Source of the DNA: an uncultured delta proteobacterium
GTDB lineage: Bacteria; Desulfobacterota; Syntrophobacteria; Syntrophobacterales; Syntrophobacteraceae
Direction of reading: 5' to 3'
DNA: 64,000 nucleotides
NCBI GenBank assembly: GCA_963808625.1
Contig: CAWEHK010000010.1
Span: 18,664 to 82,663 of the forward strand
This document shows positions 32,691-43,164 of this stretch, in pieces. Position numbers and translations under genes: made by a program. Below the pieces are notes generated by a model. The model made no database searches and was not told where the DNA came from. It saw only the letters and a list, made by a program, of their open reading frames with translations. How positions within the stretch are numbered: the stretch's first letter is position 1; each line of letters opens with the position of its first letter.

Positions 32691-34253
32691 TCACAGCAGC
32701 GGCATCCAGCTCTCCTCGTCGGTGAATTCCGAGATGGCGGGCTCCCCTCGCAGGTGCTCCAACTTATTCAGACCATCAATGAGCGCCTTGGCGCTGGCCA
32801 GGACGATGTCGGAAGCCACGGCCCGTCCGTTCACCACCAGGCCGCCCTCTTCCAGGCGCAGGGTAACCGCGCCTTGAGCATCGCTGCCGGGGGTCGCGGC
32901 AGTGACTTCATACTGGGTTAGCTTAGGATTGCGGCCGGTCATTTTAAAGATGGTCCGGAAAGCAGCATCCACCGGTCCGTTGCCAAATCCGGAATCGTTC
33001 AGCACCTGCCCTTCCACTTCCAGTTGCACCGAGGCATTGGGGACCGAGATCGAGCCGGCGGCAACGCTGAGATGCTGGAGCCGGAAGCGCGGGGCGCCGG
33101 AAGGAAGTCTTGAGCTGATAAGGAGCTCGAGGTCGGCATCGAAGACATTTTCCTTCTTTTCCGTGAACTCCTTGAAGTCGGCATAAAGTTCCTGGAGTTG
33201 GGCGCCTTCGAACGCGTACCCCAATTCTCCAAGGCGGTTTTGAAACTGTTCCAGGCTGGTGCCGGCGGTGAGGGTGTCACCCGTCAGTTGAATCCCCAGC
33301 TTCTCCGGCTGCAAGGTCCCATAAGGAGGTTTCTCCTCGGTGTCGGACAGTTGCGGCACCATCACTTCGTGGACGAAAGCATTCTCTCCCACCACCGCCT
33401 TGTGTGGCCCCAGGTTGATCCCGGTGAGAAGCCTTACCAGGCGGCTTGCCGGATAGACCTGGTTGAGCCGGATGCCCAATTGCGCGTCAAATTGGTCGGC
33501 ATGGACGCTCAACACCGCTGCCAATTCTTCCAGGCGTGCGTTGCCGGCTCTTTCCCCGATGCCATTGACGGTGCAATGCACCTGGCCGGCCCCGGCGGTT
33601 ATGGCGGCAAGGGAATTGGCCATAGCCAGGCCCAAATCATTGTGGCAGTGCACGCTGAACACAACCTGGTCAAACTGCGCCACCTGATCACGCAAATGCG
33701 CGAAGAGCCTGCTAACATCAGCGGGGGTAGCGTAGCCCACGGTGTCCGCCAGGTTGATGGTCGTGGCCCCTGCTGCCGCCAGTGCAGCCACCAGCTCGAC
33801 CACTCTCTGCGGGTCGGCGCGGAAGGCATCCATCAGGGAGAATTCCACGTCCGCGGTGTACTGTTTCGCTTGCTGGACGGCGAAAACTGCGAGCGCCACG
33901 GTCTCGGCTGCGGTCTTTTTCAGGAAATGATCCCGGTACTCGCGCGACGCCGGTACCACCGTGTGAATTCGCGGAAGAGGTCGCTCCTTTATCGCTTTCC
34001 ATGCGATCTCGAAATCTCGGGGATTGGTGGCGCGGGCAAAAACGGCAAGGATCGGACCTTCGACCTCCCCGGCGATGCGTTCGGCCGCTTCAAACTGTTC
34101 CTGAGAAGCCGCCGGAAAACCAATTTCCAGCACATCGACCTGGAGCCGCGCAAGCTGTTTGGCGAGGCGAACCTTCTCGTCAATGCTCAGGATCGCCCCG
34201 GGCGATTTCAGGCCGTCACGGAGGGTCGTGTCAAAGATTAGAATCTTCCGCAT
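32691..34253 (-). CDS. 2-isopropylmalate synthase (LeuA)-like DRE-TIM protein with degenerate catalytic motifs
   Basis: DTTLRDG, DTVG, HCHNDLG, GERAGNA and regulatory GNGPVDA present, but RDGEQ reads RDGLK and HxSGIHQDG/GKHSG are absent. Confidence 0.85.
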   Translation of the reverse strand: MRKILIFDTTLRDGLKSPGAILSIDEKVRLAKQLARLQVDVLEIGFPAASQEQFEAAERIAGEVEGPILAVFARATNPRDFEIAWKAIKERPLPRIHTVVPASREYRDHFLKKTAAETVALAVFAVQQAKQYTADVEFSLMDAFRADPQRVVELVAALAAAGATTINLADTVGYATPADVSRLFAHLRDQVAQFDQVVFSVHCHNDLGLAMANSLAAITAGAGQVHCTVNGIGERAGNARLEELAAVLSVHADQFDAQLGIRLNQVYPASRLVRLLTGINLGPHKAVVGENAFVHEVMVPQLSDTEEKPPYGTLQPEKLGIQLTGDTLTAGTSLEQFQNRLGELGYAFEGAQLQELYADFKEFTEKKENVFDADLELLISSRLPSGAPRFRLQHLSVAAGSISVPNASVQLEVEGQVLNDSGFGNGPVDAAFRTIFKMTGRNPKLTQYEVTAATPGSDAQGAVTLRLEEGGLVVNGRAVASDIVLASAKALIDGLNKLEHLRGEPAISEFTDEESWMPLL

Positions 34254-34456
34254 TGGCTGCTCCTTGCATGGAAACAACGATTCCATGTCATGATTGTCTA
34301 AATTTATTTATCTGATTTTGGAAACTTCCATGGCGTTTTACGAAGATAGTTACAGCAGGCCGGAACCTTGTCAACTTTTTTTTGCCTGGGGTTCACCGGT
34401 TCATTTTTTCTTGGCCATGAATTCCTTCGGTGACGATTCGCGTCACCCTCCGTGGA

Positions 34457-34520
34457 GCAGGCTTTCCAGCCTGTCGGCCGGCTCAGGGAGACTCAGGCAG
34501 GCTGGAAAGCCTGCCCTACA
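34457..34520. repeat. REP doublet (CAGGCTTTCCAGCCTG / CAGGCTGGAAAGCCTG...CTAC)
   Basis: Inverted palindrome pair read directly. Confidence 0.7.
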
Positions 34521-34675
34521 TAATCAATTTTGTGAAGTTCCTTGGCGAAAAATTTGTATAATGCTTTTTCTGAGGCCTTTCCAAATGGTCTCAGATGGTT
34601 ACGGCCGGCTTGCCGATGATGATCAGCAAGCCGAAGGAAAAGGTTCCCCTTACAAGGCATCGATCACACGTGAAA

Positions 34676-35305
34676 ATGAATTCGGAAAAAAACCTTGGAG
34701 ACCGCAGCGAGAAAGAGAAAACTTCGACCCATCAAGGCCTCGTCAATTTTTTCTTCGAGCTGGGCATGCTCAAGCGGACGCCCCGTTCCGGCTTTCAGTT
34801 CCTGAGATCAGGGCAGGAATCGGTGGCTGAGCATTCTTATCGGGTGACGCTCATCGGCTTCACTCTGGCGCGCCTTACACCGGACGCCGACCCCTTCAGA
34901 GTGGTCAGTCTTTGCCTCTTTCACGACGTCCCGGAGGCCCGGACGGGCGACCTCAATTATGTCAACAAACAATATGTTACGGTTCATGAACAGGAAGCCA
35001 TCAACGATCTTGCCAAAACGCTCCCCTTCGGTGAGGACTTCCGCGCGGCGCTGGCCGAGTACCGGGCGCAGGAAACCATCGAGGCCAGGCTTGCCCACGA
35101 TGCCGACCAACTGGACCTCATCCTCGAACTGAAAGAGCAGAATGACCTCGGGAACGTGTATGCGGATCAGTGGATCCATTTCGCCCAGAAACGGCTCGTG
35201 ACCGGCATTGGCAAGGAACTGGCCGCGCAGATCCTGGCCACCGATTCCACTGCCTGGTGGTTTGAAGGCCACGATCACTGGTGGCACAAGAATCAGGAAG
35301 GCTGA
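34676..35305 (+). CDS. HD-domain hydrolase (YfbR/HDDC2-like 5'-deoxynucleotidase)
   Basis: LKRTPRSG, ESVAEHS, FHDVPEARTGD, HDADQLD. Confidence 0.9.
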   Translation: MNSEKNLGDRSEKEKTSTHQGLVNFFFELGMLKRTPRSGFQFLRSGQESVAEHSYRVTLIGFTLARLTPDADPFRVVSLCLFHDVPEARTGDLNYVNKQYVTVHEQEAINDLAKTLPFGEDFRAALAEYRAQETIEARLAHDADQLDLILELKEQNDLGNVYADQWIHFAQKRLVTGIGKELAAQILATDSTAWWFEGHDHWWHKNQEG

Positions 35306-35682
35306 TCCCGTTTGCGCCGGTCCGCAAGGGAAACGACCTTGCCTCTCCCCTTTGATTTGGCCGCCTCGCCCGTGGGCTCCAGCGGGGCCGCGGGTCCCTG
35401 GATCGCAGTGGGTTCCCCAGACTTGGATTCAACCGTTTCTTCGATCTCTTCGGGGGAGACCACCTTGACCATTCTCACCGGGCGTCCTCCCATGGTGAAC
35501 TCGTCGCCCTCGATATAGGCCCGCCTCAAGATCCAGGTGGCCACCACCAGCGGCATCTGCAGGATGAGCAGCTTCACCTGGTACCAATGCGGTTTCAAGT
35601 CCGGCCGGATCATTTCGACACGGGCAAAAAAGGCCGGATTGCCTTCAATATACACGAGCACCAGATCACCTGGCTGAACCAT
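35293..35682 (-). CDS. Hypothetical protein
   Basis: 129-aa ORF, RBS GAGG, globular N-terminus with low-complexity tail ending GKVVSLADRRK. Confidence 0.75.
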   Translation of the reverse strand: MVQPGDLVLVYIEGNPAFFARVEMIRPDLKPHWYQVKLLILQMPLVVATWILRRAYIEGDEFTMGGRPVRMVKVVSPEEIEETVESKSGEPTAIQGPAAPLEPTGEAAKSKGRGKVVSLADRRKRDQPS

Positions 35683-36091
35683 GGGCTTTTCCTCTCATAC
35701 GTCCACAGAATAAAGCCGCCGAAAACATGTCGGATCTGCCCCACCTTGGCGAGGGGCAACCCATCGCATTAAGCATTCGGGTGGTGCGTTAACGCGCTAC
35801 GGTTCGCATGATAGCACTTACTGAGCCGCTGCACAATGCGGGGTTGAACCATACCGCTGGATACCACGATTTGAAGATAGGATTGCGAGGGCTTCGAGTG
35901 AGCGCTTATCGCGAGGAGACCTGCATGTGATCGTGGATAACCAATCCGCCCGCCAGCACAAGAAGCCGTTATCTCATCTATCGGCAGCCTCGCGGATGAT
36001 CACCGGTTGCATCCGGTACCGGCATGAACGTGTCATCCTGATCCGTGGTTCCACCTGCCGACATGTGGTTGGTCGTACTACTGCAATGATT

Positions 36092-36591
36092 TCATTCCAA
36101 TGTTTTGCGCAAAAGGATTTCGTCCGAGCCGGAGCTTATCAGGTCGGGCAAGGAGACCAACTCGGAGAAGCCGAGGGACCGATAGAATGAACGGGCGCCC
36201 GCGTTGAACGACGAAGTGAGATCCAGATATTCGGTGCGGCTTTGGGACATTGCGCCTGGAGCCATGAGATGATCTCACGGCCAAGGCCACGCCTTTGGTG
36301 CTCATCGAGCACGGCCAGCAACTCCAGGCAGGGGCCTCGAAGCCATGGGTAGCGCACGCAAACCAATCCCTTTACCGTTGGCCCGACAAAGACGACAAAA
36401 CGATACAGAGCGGGATCAGGCCGGAGCAGGTACTGCAGCAGCCCTTCAGCGCTGTATCCAAGGGTCAGCCAGGGATCCATCGCGGCAAGTTGGTTGCTGA
36501 GGGGCCCAGCTTCGTTCTCTGTCAAAGAGGCCAGAGGGCATGATGGTAACTGGTATAACGTCTCAGAGAACGGTGCCGTAATAAATGTCAT
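36092..36591 (-). CDS. GNAT family N-acetyltransferase; frameshift near 36215
   Basis: LELLAVLDEHQRRGLGR acetyl-CoA motif; second frame FNARARSFYRSLGF. Confidence 0.85.
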
Positions 36592-37796
36592 TTCTTTCCC
36601 ACGCCGGATATTCGATCATATCGAAGATTATCTCCGGGCTTCATTTCATAGCATTCACCCACCGCAGACGCTGAGCCGGAAGCCAGGAGTTCGCTGATGG
36701 TAACGAACGTATAGCCCGCCTGCAGCAATTTCGGGATAAATAAAGGCAACGCTTCCGCGGTAGCATGCCCCCGCCCATTGGCATGGCAAACGATGATCGA
36801 GCCGGGCCGCGTTTTTTCCAGAATCTCTCTGCTTATTGCACCGGCAGGCTGTCTCGGTGCGGCATCGCCGGTAACCACACTCCATTGTATCGCCGGCAAT
36901 CCGGAACGAGCGAGGAAATCCAGAGCTTCCTTATTGCATGTTCCATAAGGAAAACGAAAGGTTAGCGGCACATTGGGGATTCTTGCGATCTCGTCGGGCG
37001 CAACACTTTGCGCGCAGGGCTTTGCCGCCAGCTCTTCCCACAGGAGCTCATATTGCGCTTGCGTCCAGAGCACCTCTTCGCCAATTCCTTGCGTGTCCAG
37101 AGCACGGAAGTTCCGGTGGGCCCAACCGTGATTCCCGATTTCAAAGAGCGGGTCAGCCATGAGCTGCATGGTCTTTTCCGGATGTGAGAGCATCCATTTC
37201 CCCGAAGCAAAAAAGGTGGCTTTCACCTGGTTGCGCCGCAGGGTGTTGACGATATCGGCATCGTACCCGGTTATTTCACCCGGCCCTTCGCAAAGATCAA
37301 AGGTGAGGGCTATGGGCTTCAGGTTGTCTCTCGGTTTTACACTTCGAATCGAATTCTGAAACTCGGCTGAGAGAGCCTTCAGCGTATTTTTCGGCAGCAT
37401 CTTTCCGGGCAAAGGACGGGACCTTGCACCTACGGATTTTGTGATCCGCTTTTCCTGCGCTGAACCCTCCAGCTCTTTGGGAGACCAGCAACGATCCAGG
37501 ATCGCCTGTGAGCCGAAAGTCCGTTGCACCACTTCAGGATCAGCGGTTGGCGGCGGCATGCCGGCAGTTTCACCCGGCGGCACAGTCACTGTTCCTGCTA
37601 TATCCTTCGAGTTGGGAGCGGCAGCGGTCGTTTGGTCGGCCAGACCCAAGGCAACACCACCCGCCGGGAAGCCCACGGCGATAAGGATCATGAATGCAAT
37701 CAGTGGTCGCTTCGTGGCTGCAATCCCATGTTGAAGATGGTTTCGTCTCGTCCTCTGTCTATCAAGATGCCAGCTTGGGGCCGCCATAACAGTCAT
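36588..37796 (-). CDS. Polysaccharide deacetylase (NodB/CE4) with N-terminal membrane anchor
   Basis: IALTFDLC, ATFF, EIGNHGWAH, FRFPYG, GSIIVCH motifs; start codon uncertain. Confidence 0.88.
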   Translation of the reverse strand: MTVMAAPSWHLDRQRTRRNHLQHGIAATKRPLIAFMILIAVGFPAGGVALGLADQTTAAAPNSKDIAGTVTVPPGETAGMPPPTADPEVVQRTFGSQAILDRCWSPKELEGSAQEKRITKSVGARSRPLPGKMLPKNTLKALSAEFQNSIRSVKPRDNLKPIALTFDLCEGPGEITGYDADIVNTLRRNQVKATFFASGKWMLSHPEKTMQLMADPLFEIGNHGWAHRNFRALDTQGIGEEVLWTQAQYELLWEELAAKPCAQSVAPDEIARIPNVPLTFRFPYGTCNKEALDFLARSGLPAIQWSVVTGDAAPRQPAGAISREILEKTRPGSIIVCHANGRGHATAEALPLFIPKLLQAGYTFVTISELLASGSASAVGECYEMKPGDNLRYDRISGVGKK

Positions 37797-37800
37797 TCAA

Positions 37801-37867
37801 GTAGAATGGTGCCTGGGACGAGACTCGAACTCGTACAGAGATGAACTCCGAGGGATTTTAAGTCCCT
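37801..37867 (-). repeat. att site: 67-bp duplicate of the tRNA-Leu 3' half
   Basis: Identical to 51183-51249 (GTAGAATGGTGCCTGGGACG...TTTTAAGTCCCT). Confidence 0.97.
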
Positions 37868-37909
37868 CAAAATAATTTTCACTCATTTTCACATATTTTA
37901 ATAAAACGC

Positions 37910-37960
37910 TTGACATAACAAGGTTTATCGCTATTCTATCTTCACTGAGTTTAACTCAGT
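37910..37960 (+). promoter_or_regulatory. Putative sigma70 promoter and operator for integrase
   Basis: TTGACA (37910) -16 nt- TATTCT (37932), followed by palindrome ACTGAGTT-T-AACTCAGT (37944-37960). Confidence 0.5.
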
Positions 37961-37977
37961 TTGGCCTAAGTTCACCC

Positions 37978-38000
37978 CAAAGTGTGGGATAAATGTGGGA
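37978..38000 (+). repeat. Putative integrase arm-type site, copy 1
   Basis: CAAAGTGTGGGATAAATGTGGGA, identical at 51119-51141; contains tandem TGTGGGA. Confidence 0.75.
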
Positions 38001-38028
38001 TAGATTTTCAAGGACCAGGAGGCCGACC

Positions 38029-39249
38029 ATGCCAAAATGGATCAAAACGAATGTTGAAGGTGTCCGCTATCGGGAACATCCCACCAGGAAACATGGAGTC
38101 AGGCGCGACCGCTATTATAGCATCCGCTACAGGCTTAATGGTAGGGTCCTGGAACAGGGCGTGGGTTGGGCGTCTAAGGGCGTAACCCTCGAAGATGCTG
38201 TCACCAGACGAAAAGAGCTCACAGACAACAAAAAGAAGGGAAGCGGACCCCTCACGATCAAAGAACAACGAGCTGAGAACGAAGCGAAACGCGAAGCTGA
38301 AACCGTCAAGCGCAAACGGGATGTGGAGGCCAACAAGACCCTCTCCGAATACTGGAAGGAATCATATTTTCCTGCGGCTCAGCGATCCAAGAAAGCGAGC
38401 TCATGGTGTAAGGAAGAAACCCATTTCCGACTGTGGATAGGACCCCTCTTCGGAAAACTTCCCCTGCGATCCATCGGGCTCAAGCAATGGGATGAACTCG
38501 TCAAGACCCTATCGGCTAAAGGGCTATCCCCGCGCTCAAAGGAGTACATCTGCGGCACTCTGCGGCGGATTCTGAAGCATGCCTATGACCGGCGCATGGT
38601 GGATGATTCCCCACCATCAGGCAAGCGGATCGGTGTCACCGGGCCTGGGAAATAACCGGCGCCTTCGCGTGATCTCCCATGAGGAAGAGGCCGCGATTAT
38701 GGAGAATCTCTCCGTCACCGATATGAACGCATGGCGGATAACTCGTTTCTGTTTTCTTACTGGGTGCCGAGCCGGGGAAGCCTTCGCGTTGACCTGGCAG
38801 AACGTTGACCGTCAAGCGGTGTGATTGTCTTTGCTGAAACAAAGAACCGCGATCCCCGGACCATCCCGCTATCAAAACCATTGATGGACCTGTTTGATTC
38901 CATGGAGTCAGGAACCCCGGGCCAGCACGTTTTCACCAAAGCGGACGGATCACCATATCTCGAAGCTCCAAGCGCATTCAGGTCGGCTGTCAAGAATCTC
39001 GGGTTCAATCAGGACTACTCGAAACGGGACAAGCTGGTTTTTCACTCCATCCGGCACACGGTTGCCACCCGGTTAGCTCAGCGTCTTGGACCCCGTGACC
39101 TTATGGACGTTATGGGCTGGCGTACCGTTCAGATGGCAATGCGCTATGTTCACGGCAATGAAGATGCCAAAATGAAGGCACTTGGGATGCTCGGGGCCAT
39201 ACCTGAAACGGGCAAAGTCCTGCCTTTCAAGAATGTGAGCAACAAATAA
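38029..39249 (+). CDS. int: Tyrosine recombinase/integrase; two frameshifts
   Basis: TGCRAGE (R), ETKN (K), FHSIRHT (HxxR), MGW, MRYVH (Y); N-terminal arm-binding-like region; RBS AGGAGG. Confidence 0.93.
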
Positions 39250-39337
39250 TCACTTTCCAGGGATAGCCGGCGGGCGACAAGCGGGAATCCTCACCCGCTT
39301 CCCTGGAACCCATGAGGACCGATTAGAGGAGTCGGAC

Positions 39338-40027
39338 ATGGAAAAGTGCAAGCATGATATTGTTGTGTGTTTAGCTGAAACAGAAAAAGAGGCAACCAAA
39401 ATCATTGAATCACTGACTGCTTTGCATCCAGATTTGACCGTATCGAGCGTGCAAAATAATCTGGATAGGCTCCTGAGCATACTCCCTTCATCCACCAGGA
39501 AGAAAACCTCCGAGGTCGTTCAAGATATTATGGCGCACCAGTATTTTCTTGCTGCATACGAAATAAAACGGCTGATTGCGATACTTGATGGGCATGATTC
39601 TGTTGAATCGATCAACCCATGGCTGCTAGCGGATGCAATGTATCACATCGGACTCAGGCAGGGCATGTTAAACGAATCCAAATGGCTTTTTCGTGATGAC
39701 TTTTCCGGGATAGTTCGCTCTCTGCTTGCAAGGGATGATCGAAAGAGTGGGCATGAACAAGAAGACATCATCCGTCAACGGTTGTTTGATGATTTTGAAG
39801 AGTATGCGCGCGGAAGAATTGCGAAAGGCTACACAGGGAGCGCCACAACCCTCGTTCGGACTGCATTAAATCTCCCGAAGTTTAGCAAGTTGAAAGCGGC
39901 AACAACCCCGGAAATGGATAATAGTGGCGGGCCTATGGATGGAAAGATCACGAAACGGGCTTTGATTAAGGTAAGGCGGCTTGAGGAGTCTGCCAGGAAA
40001 CTACTCAAAAACGCGTCTCAAAAATAA
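39338..40027 (+). CDS. Hypothetical protein of the integrated element
   Basis: 229-aa ORF with RBS GAGGAG; no recognised motif. Confidence 0.75.
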   Translation: MEKCKHDIVVCLAETEKEATKIIESLTALHPDLTVSSVQNNLDRLLSILPSSTRKKTSEVVQDIMAHQYFLAAYEIKRLIAILDGHDSVESINPWLLADAMYHIGLRQGMLNESKWLFRDDFSGIVRSLLARDDRKSGHEQEDIIRQRLFDDFEEYARGRIAKGYTGSATTLVRTALNLPKFSKLKAATTPEMDNSGGPMDGKITKRALIKVRRLEESARKLLKNASQK

Positions 40028-40176
40028 CCCCAACTATTCCCGTCATACGACCAACCTTCATTTTTTGTGCCCGATAGTCTATTGGGCTGCCTTCTAGTCT
40101 ATCAAGCAATTTGACATGTAATTCCAATAGCTTATGCTTGCATCACACTGAATCATTAACAGAAGGAGATTCAACG

Positions 40177-40449
40177 ATGCAATGCGATCTAACAGCGCTC
40201 AAGAGCAAGTGGCCCAGCGCCTATGTCGCGCGGCGCGAGGTGGGTATTTTCACTGGCGGGATGATCAGCCCCGGAACCGTGGCCAACGCGGATTGCAAGG
40301 AGGAGGGGCCGCAGGGAGCAATCAGAGTGGGCCGGAATGTCGCCTATCCCGTGGAAAGTTTCATCGCTTGGCTTGAGACCAGGGTTTCGGTGAAGAGGGG
40401 CGATATGAGCAAGGTTCGAGCCGGCAAGAAACGGACCAGGCTGCAATGA
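40177..40449 (+). CDS. Excisionase/AlpA-like small DNA-binding protein
   Basis: ISPGTVANADCKEEGP...IRVGRNVAYPVESFIAWLE winged-HTH pattern; RBS AAGGAG; upstream TTGACA(40111)/TATGCT(40133). Confidence 0.7.
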   Translation: MQCDLTALKSKWPSAYVARREVGIFTGGMISPGTVANADCKEEGPQGAIRVGRNVAYPVESFIAWLETRVSVKRGDMSKVRAGKKRTRLQ

Positions 40450-40519
40450 CCAGGGGCAAAAATAGCAACGCCCGGCGGCGACCGGGCGGCAGGGTGAAAC
40501 ACTCAAAGGCTGGTTCAAA

Positions 40520-42484
40520 ATGACACATTTGGTTGAAAATGTCAAGCCTGACCTAATTCCCGAAATCAAATCAAGGCTCTCCTGCCGGACCTTATATCAG
40601 CGATTGTGGCCGGACAAGTTTCGGGAAAAGGACAACTGCCTCTCCTTCTGTCACGATGACCGAACGCCCTCCTGCCAGGTGAGCAAAGAGGCGGCTTACT
40701 GCCATACCTGCAAGCGAAAATTCGATGCATTAGACCTGTATTGCGAAGGGACCGGCCTTTCAAAAGGCGATGCGATCCGCGAATTGGCAAAGGAACTCGG
40801 GCTCAACAATGGGAGCGAACCATCAAAATCAAACACCGATTTCACGGCACAGTGGACTCGTCTCGAGCGGAACTCTCTGGCGCCGGGGGCAATTGCCTAC
40901 CTCGAACAGGAAAGATCTTTGAAGGGTATTGTTGAGCCATTAAAGAAGACTCACCTTATCGGGTTTTCACCAAGGACAACGCAATGGCCTGCTGCGGTAG
41001 CCTTTCCTTTGACGGATTGGCAGAGAACGACACTGCAAGGGATTCAGTATATCCCAATCGGTGGAGGCGATAAGAAATTCGCCAAAGGCACTCCGGCAAA
41101 GGATGTTTTTTTTCGCATGGACGGCAGCGGCGGCAATTACCTCGTGCTCACCGAGGGCATTGTTGATTGCCTGTCCGTTCTCGTGGCCTGCAAGACGATT
41201 GACGTTGACGTGGCCGCGATCCTCTCCGCCGGATTCGTTGATAAGCTGGCCCATGTTCCGGGAAACCCCGTTCTGTTCTTCGATAATGACGACAAGGGCC
41301 GCGAAGCCACCGCCAAAGCGATCAAGATCACGAAAGGGAATTGCCGGGTTGTCGATTGGACTATGGCCCCGGCAGGGATGAAAGATTGCAACGATCTCCT
41401 GCGGGACGGCCATGCCGATATCATTGAACGCATGATCCAGGCTTCCAGGATGCCGGAAGACACGACCGACGACGAGCCACCCATTACAATCATATCAGGC
41501 TTGGACCTGATATCCGCCGATCTCGGGCACGACAACCCTGTCATTGTTAAATTGCTTGGCGAAAAGGAATCACTGCTTCTTACCGGGGCCTCCGGCATCG
41601 GAAAAAGCCTTTTCGTCAACAATGTTGCCTTGGTTCTGGGAGATCCGCCCTTGACTGGATTGTGGGGAATGTTCCCAATTCCCAAAGCCGTCAGCAGCAT
41701 TTTCGTGCAGTCGGAGAACTCCGCCAAAGCCACCCAGAGGCGTTTAAAAATGATCATGGAGGGAGCACCCTATCTCCGGGGCGGCATCGAAAGAATATTC
41801 TATCCCATGATCAAAGACGATATCCGGCTCATTGGTGATCTTCAGGAACACGATTTCCAAGAACGGTTGAAGGAAATCATCGCTGCAACCAGGGCCGGCT
41901 TACTGATACTTGATCCGCTCATTTCCTACCACTGGAAAGATGAAAACAGCAATTCAGATATGCGGAAGACTCTGGACTGTCTGACCCTCATTTCTGAGGA
42001 TAGCGGAGCTGCCTGTCTTGTTGTTCACCATGTTGGCAAGAACGGAATGAGTGCTCGCGGTGCGTCCGCTATTGAAGATTGGGCTGCAAACATTCTGGCG
42101 TTGGAAGAAGTGACACGACATGACAAGACTTTCATCCAGGCTACCCACAAAAAATCGCGGAACTTTGACAGAGTTCAGCCGTTCTTTTTGGAGCGGACCC
42201 GATATCTGGAACTACTGAAGGCGGACCCGCAAGAGGTTGCCGGAGTCATTGACGTGCTGGAAGCACTCAAGGATGCAGGTGGAGAGGTGAATAAGAAGTC
42301 TGAGTTCATCGAGTTGGTAGTTGGTCGGATGAATTGCAGTGAGGTTACTGCCAGACGAGCCATCGCTAAGGCTCAAACAAGCGGTCTTGTCGTTGAGATC
42401 AAAACCGGAAGGAAGAAGGCGTTCAAATTGGCGAACAGTGATCATGACCCTGAGAATAGTGATCACCACGATAGTGATCAGTGA
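40520..42484 (+). CDS. Primase-helicase (zinc finger + TOPRIM + AAA_25/RepA-like helicase + wHTH)
   Basis: CLSFCHDDRTPSC...CHTC; TEGIVD, FFDNDDKG, KDCND; Walker A GASGIGKS, LLILDP, VVHH, ARGASA. Confidence 0.9.
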   Translation: MTHLVENVKPDLIPEIKSRLSCRTLYQRLWPDKFREKDNCLSFCHDDRTPSCQVSKEAAYCHTCKRKFDALDLYCEGTGLSKGDAIRELAKELGLNNGSEPSKSNTDFTAQWTRLERNSLAPGAIAYLEQERSLKGIVEPLKKTHLIGFSPRTTQWPAAVAFPLTDWQRTTLQGIQYIPIGGGDKKFAKGTPAKDVFFRMDGSGGNYLVLTEGIVDCLSVLVACKTIDVDVAAILSAGFVDKLAHVPGNPVLFFDNDDKGREATAKAIKITKGNCRVVDWTMAPAGMKDCNDLLRDGHADIIERMIQASRMPEDTTDDEPPITIISGLDLISADLGHDNPVIVKLLGEKESLLLTGASGIGKSLFVNNVALVLGDPPLTGLWGMFPIPKAVSSIFVQSENSAKATQRRLKMIMEGAPYLRGGIERIFYPMIKDDIRLIGDLQEHDFQERLKEIIAATRAGLLILDPLISYHWKDENSNSDMRKTLDCLTLISEDSGAACLVVHHVGKNGMSARGASAIEDWAANILALEEVTRHDKTFIQATHKKSRNFDRVQPFFLERTRYLELLKADPQEVAGVIDVLEALKDAGGEVNKKSEFIELVVGRMNCSEVTARRAIAKAQTSGLVVEIKTGRKKAFKLANSDHDPENSDHHDSDQ

Positions 42485-42689
42485 GGGGTGAACACCTTGC
42501 AAACCTATACAGCGCAACAGTTTAGCAATTGTGATCATTGTGATAGTGATCATTCCTGGGTGATCACCTTTGCAAGTAATTGAATTTATTACATATGTGA
42601 ATAGTGATCATAGTTGTCTCTATAGAGAGAGAAAGGGTGATCACAATCCCTTTCTCTCTACTGAGACTATAGCCACAAGAAGGTGATCA
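42438..42689. repeat. Iteron-like cluster, putative replication origin
   Basis: Nine GTGATCA copies in 252 bp, AT-rich tract at about 42577-42598, hairpin AGAGAGAAAGGG...CCCTTTCTCTCT. Confidence 0.75.
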
Positions 42690-42691
42690 GA

Positions 42692-42952
42692 ATGAAAATC
42701 ATTTTATCGGATCGAGTTAAGGCGGTTGTCGAAGATAGGCCTTTTCCGGATCTCTCTATTGAGGAACATCCCCTTTTGCTGGGGTATCCAAATCAGGACG
42801 GCCAGGTCAAATGCGTTTACTGTCTCTCCTACCGGAATCACCGATGCACTCATGGTCACCAGTTGGACGGGATATCCCTGCTTCGGGAGTGCGGCGACTT
42901 CGGGTTCAACCGAGATGCGTATCAGGACTTCTATTCCAACATGAAGGGATGA
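42692..42952 (+). CDS. Small Cys-rich hypothetical protein
   Basis: CVYC...C...C pattern; in operon with downstream genes. Confidence 0.6.
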   Translation: MKIILSDRVKAVVEDRPFPDLSIEEHPLLLGYPNQDGQVKCVYCLSYRNHRCTHGHQLDGISLLRECGDFGFNRDAYQDFYSNMKG

Positions 42953-43164
42953 TGACAATGGATGAGGACGAACGCCAAGACGTGGCCGGTGCACTCGGCG
43001 ACATAGCTAGCCAACTGAAGTATCTGGGCAACGGCAATGCCGCAACCCAGATGGGCGCTATCGAAGGTCTCGCCATGCAAGTGAAGGCGGGGCTGGATGG
43101 TATTGCGGAAGGGCTTCATGCGATTGCGAAGGCCATTGAGGATCACGTCATGGAGCTGATGTGA
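42949..43164 (+). CDS. Small helical hypothetical protein
   Basis: ALGDIASQLKYLGNGNAATQMGAIEGLAMQVK...IAKAIE; 4-nt overlaps with both neighbours. Confidence 0.7.
   Translation: MMTMDEDERQDVAGALGDIASQLKYLGNGNAATQMGAIEGLAMQVKAGLDGIAEGLHAIAKAIEDHVMELM

Noticed and set aside
34254..34600. Leu-rich attenuator upstream of the leuA-like gene
   Set aside because: No Leu-codon uORF or terminator seen; only a promoter-like TTGACA and a REP doublet
37801..37867. Second tRNA-Leu gene
   Set aside because: Lacks the 5' acceptor strand and D-arm; it is the att duplicate
38029..39249. Integrase inactivated, so element is dead
   Set aside because: Frameshifts look the same as the background indel noise; catalytic residues, att and arm sites are intact, so no conclusion is possible
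42438..42689. CRISPR array
   Set aside because: Repeats are only 7 bp with irregular spacing; no 23-47 bp repeat/spacer periodicity and no cas genes in the window
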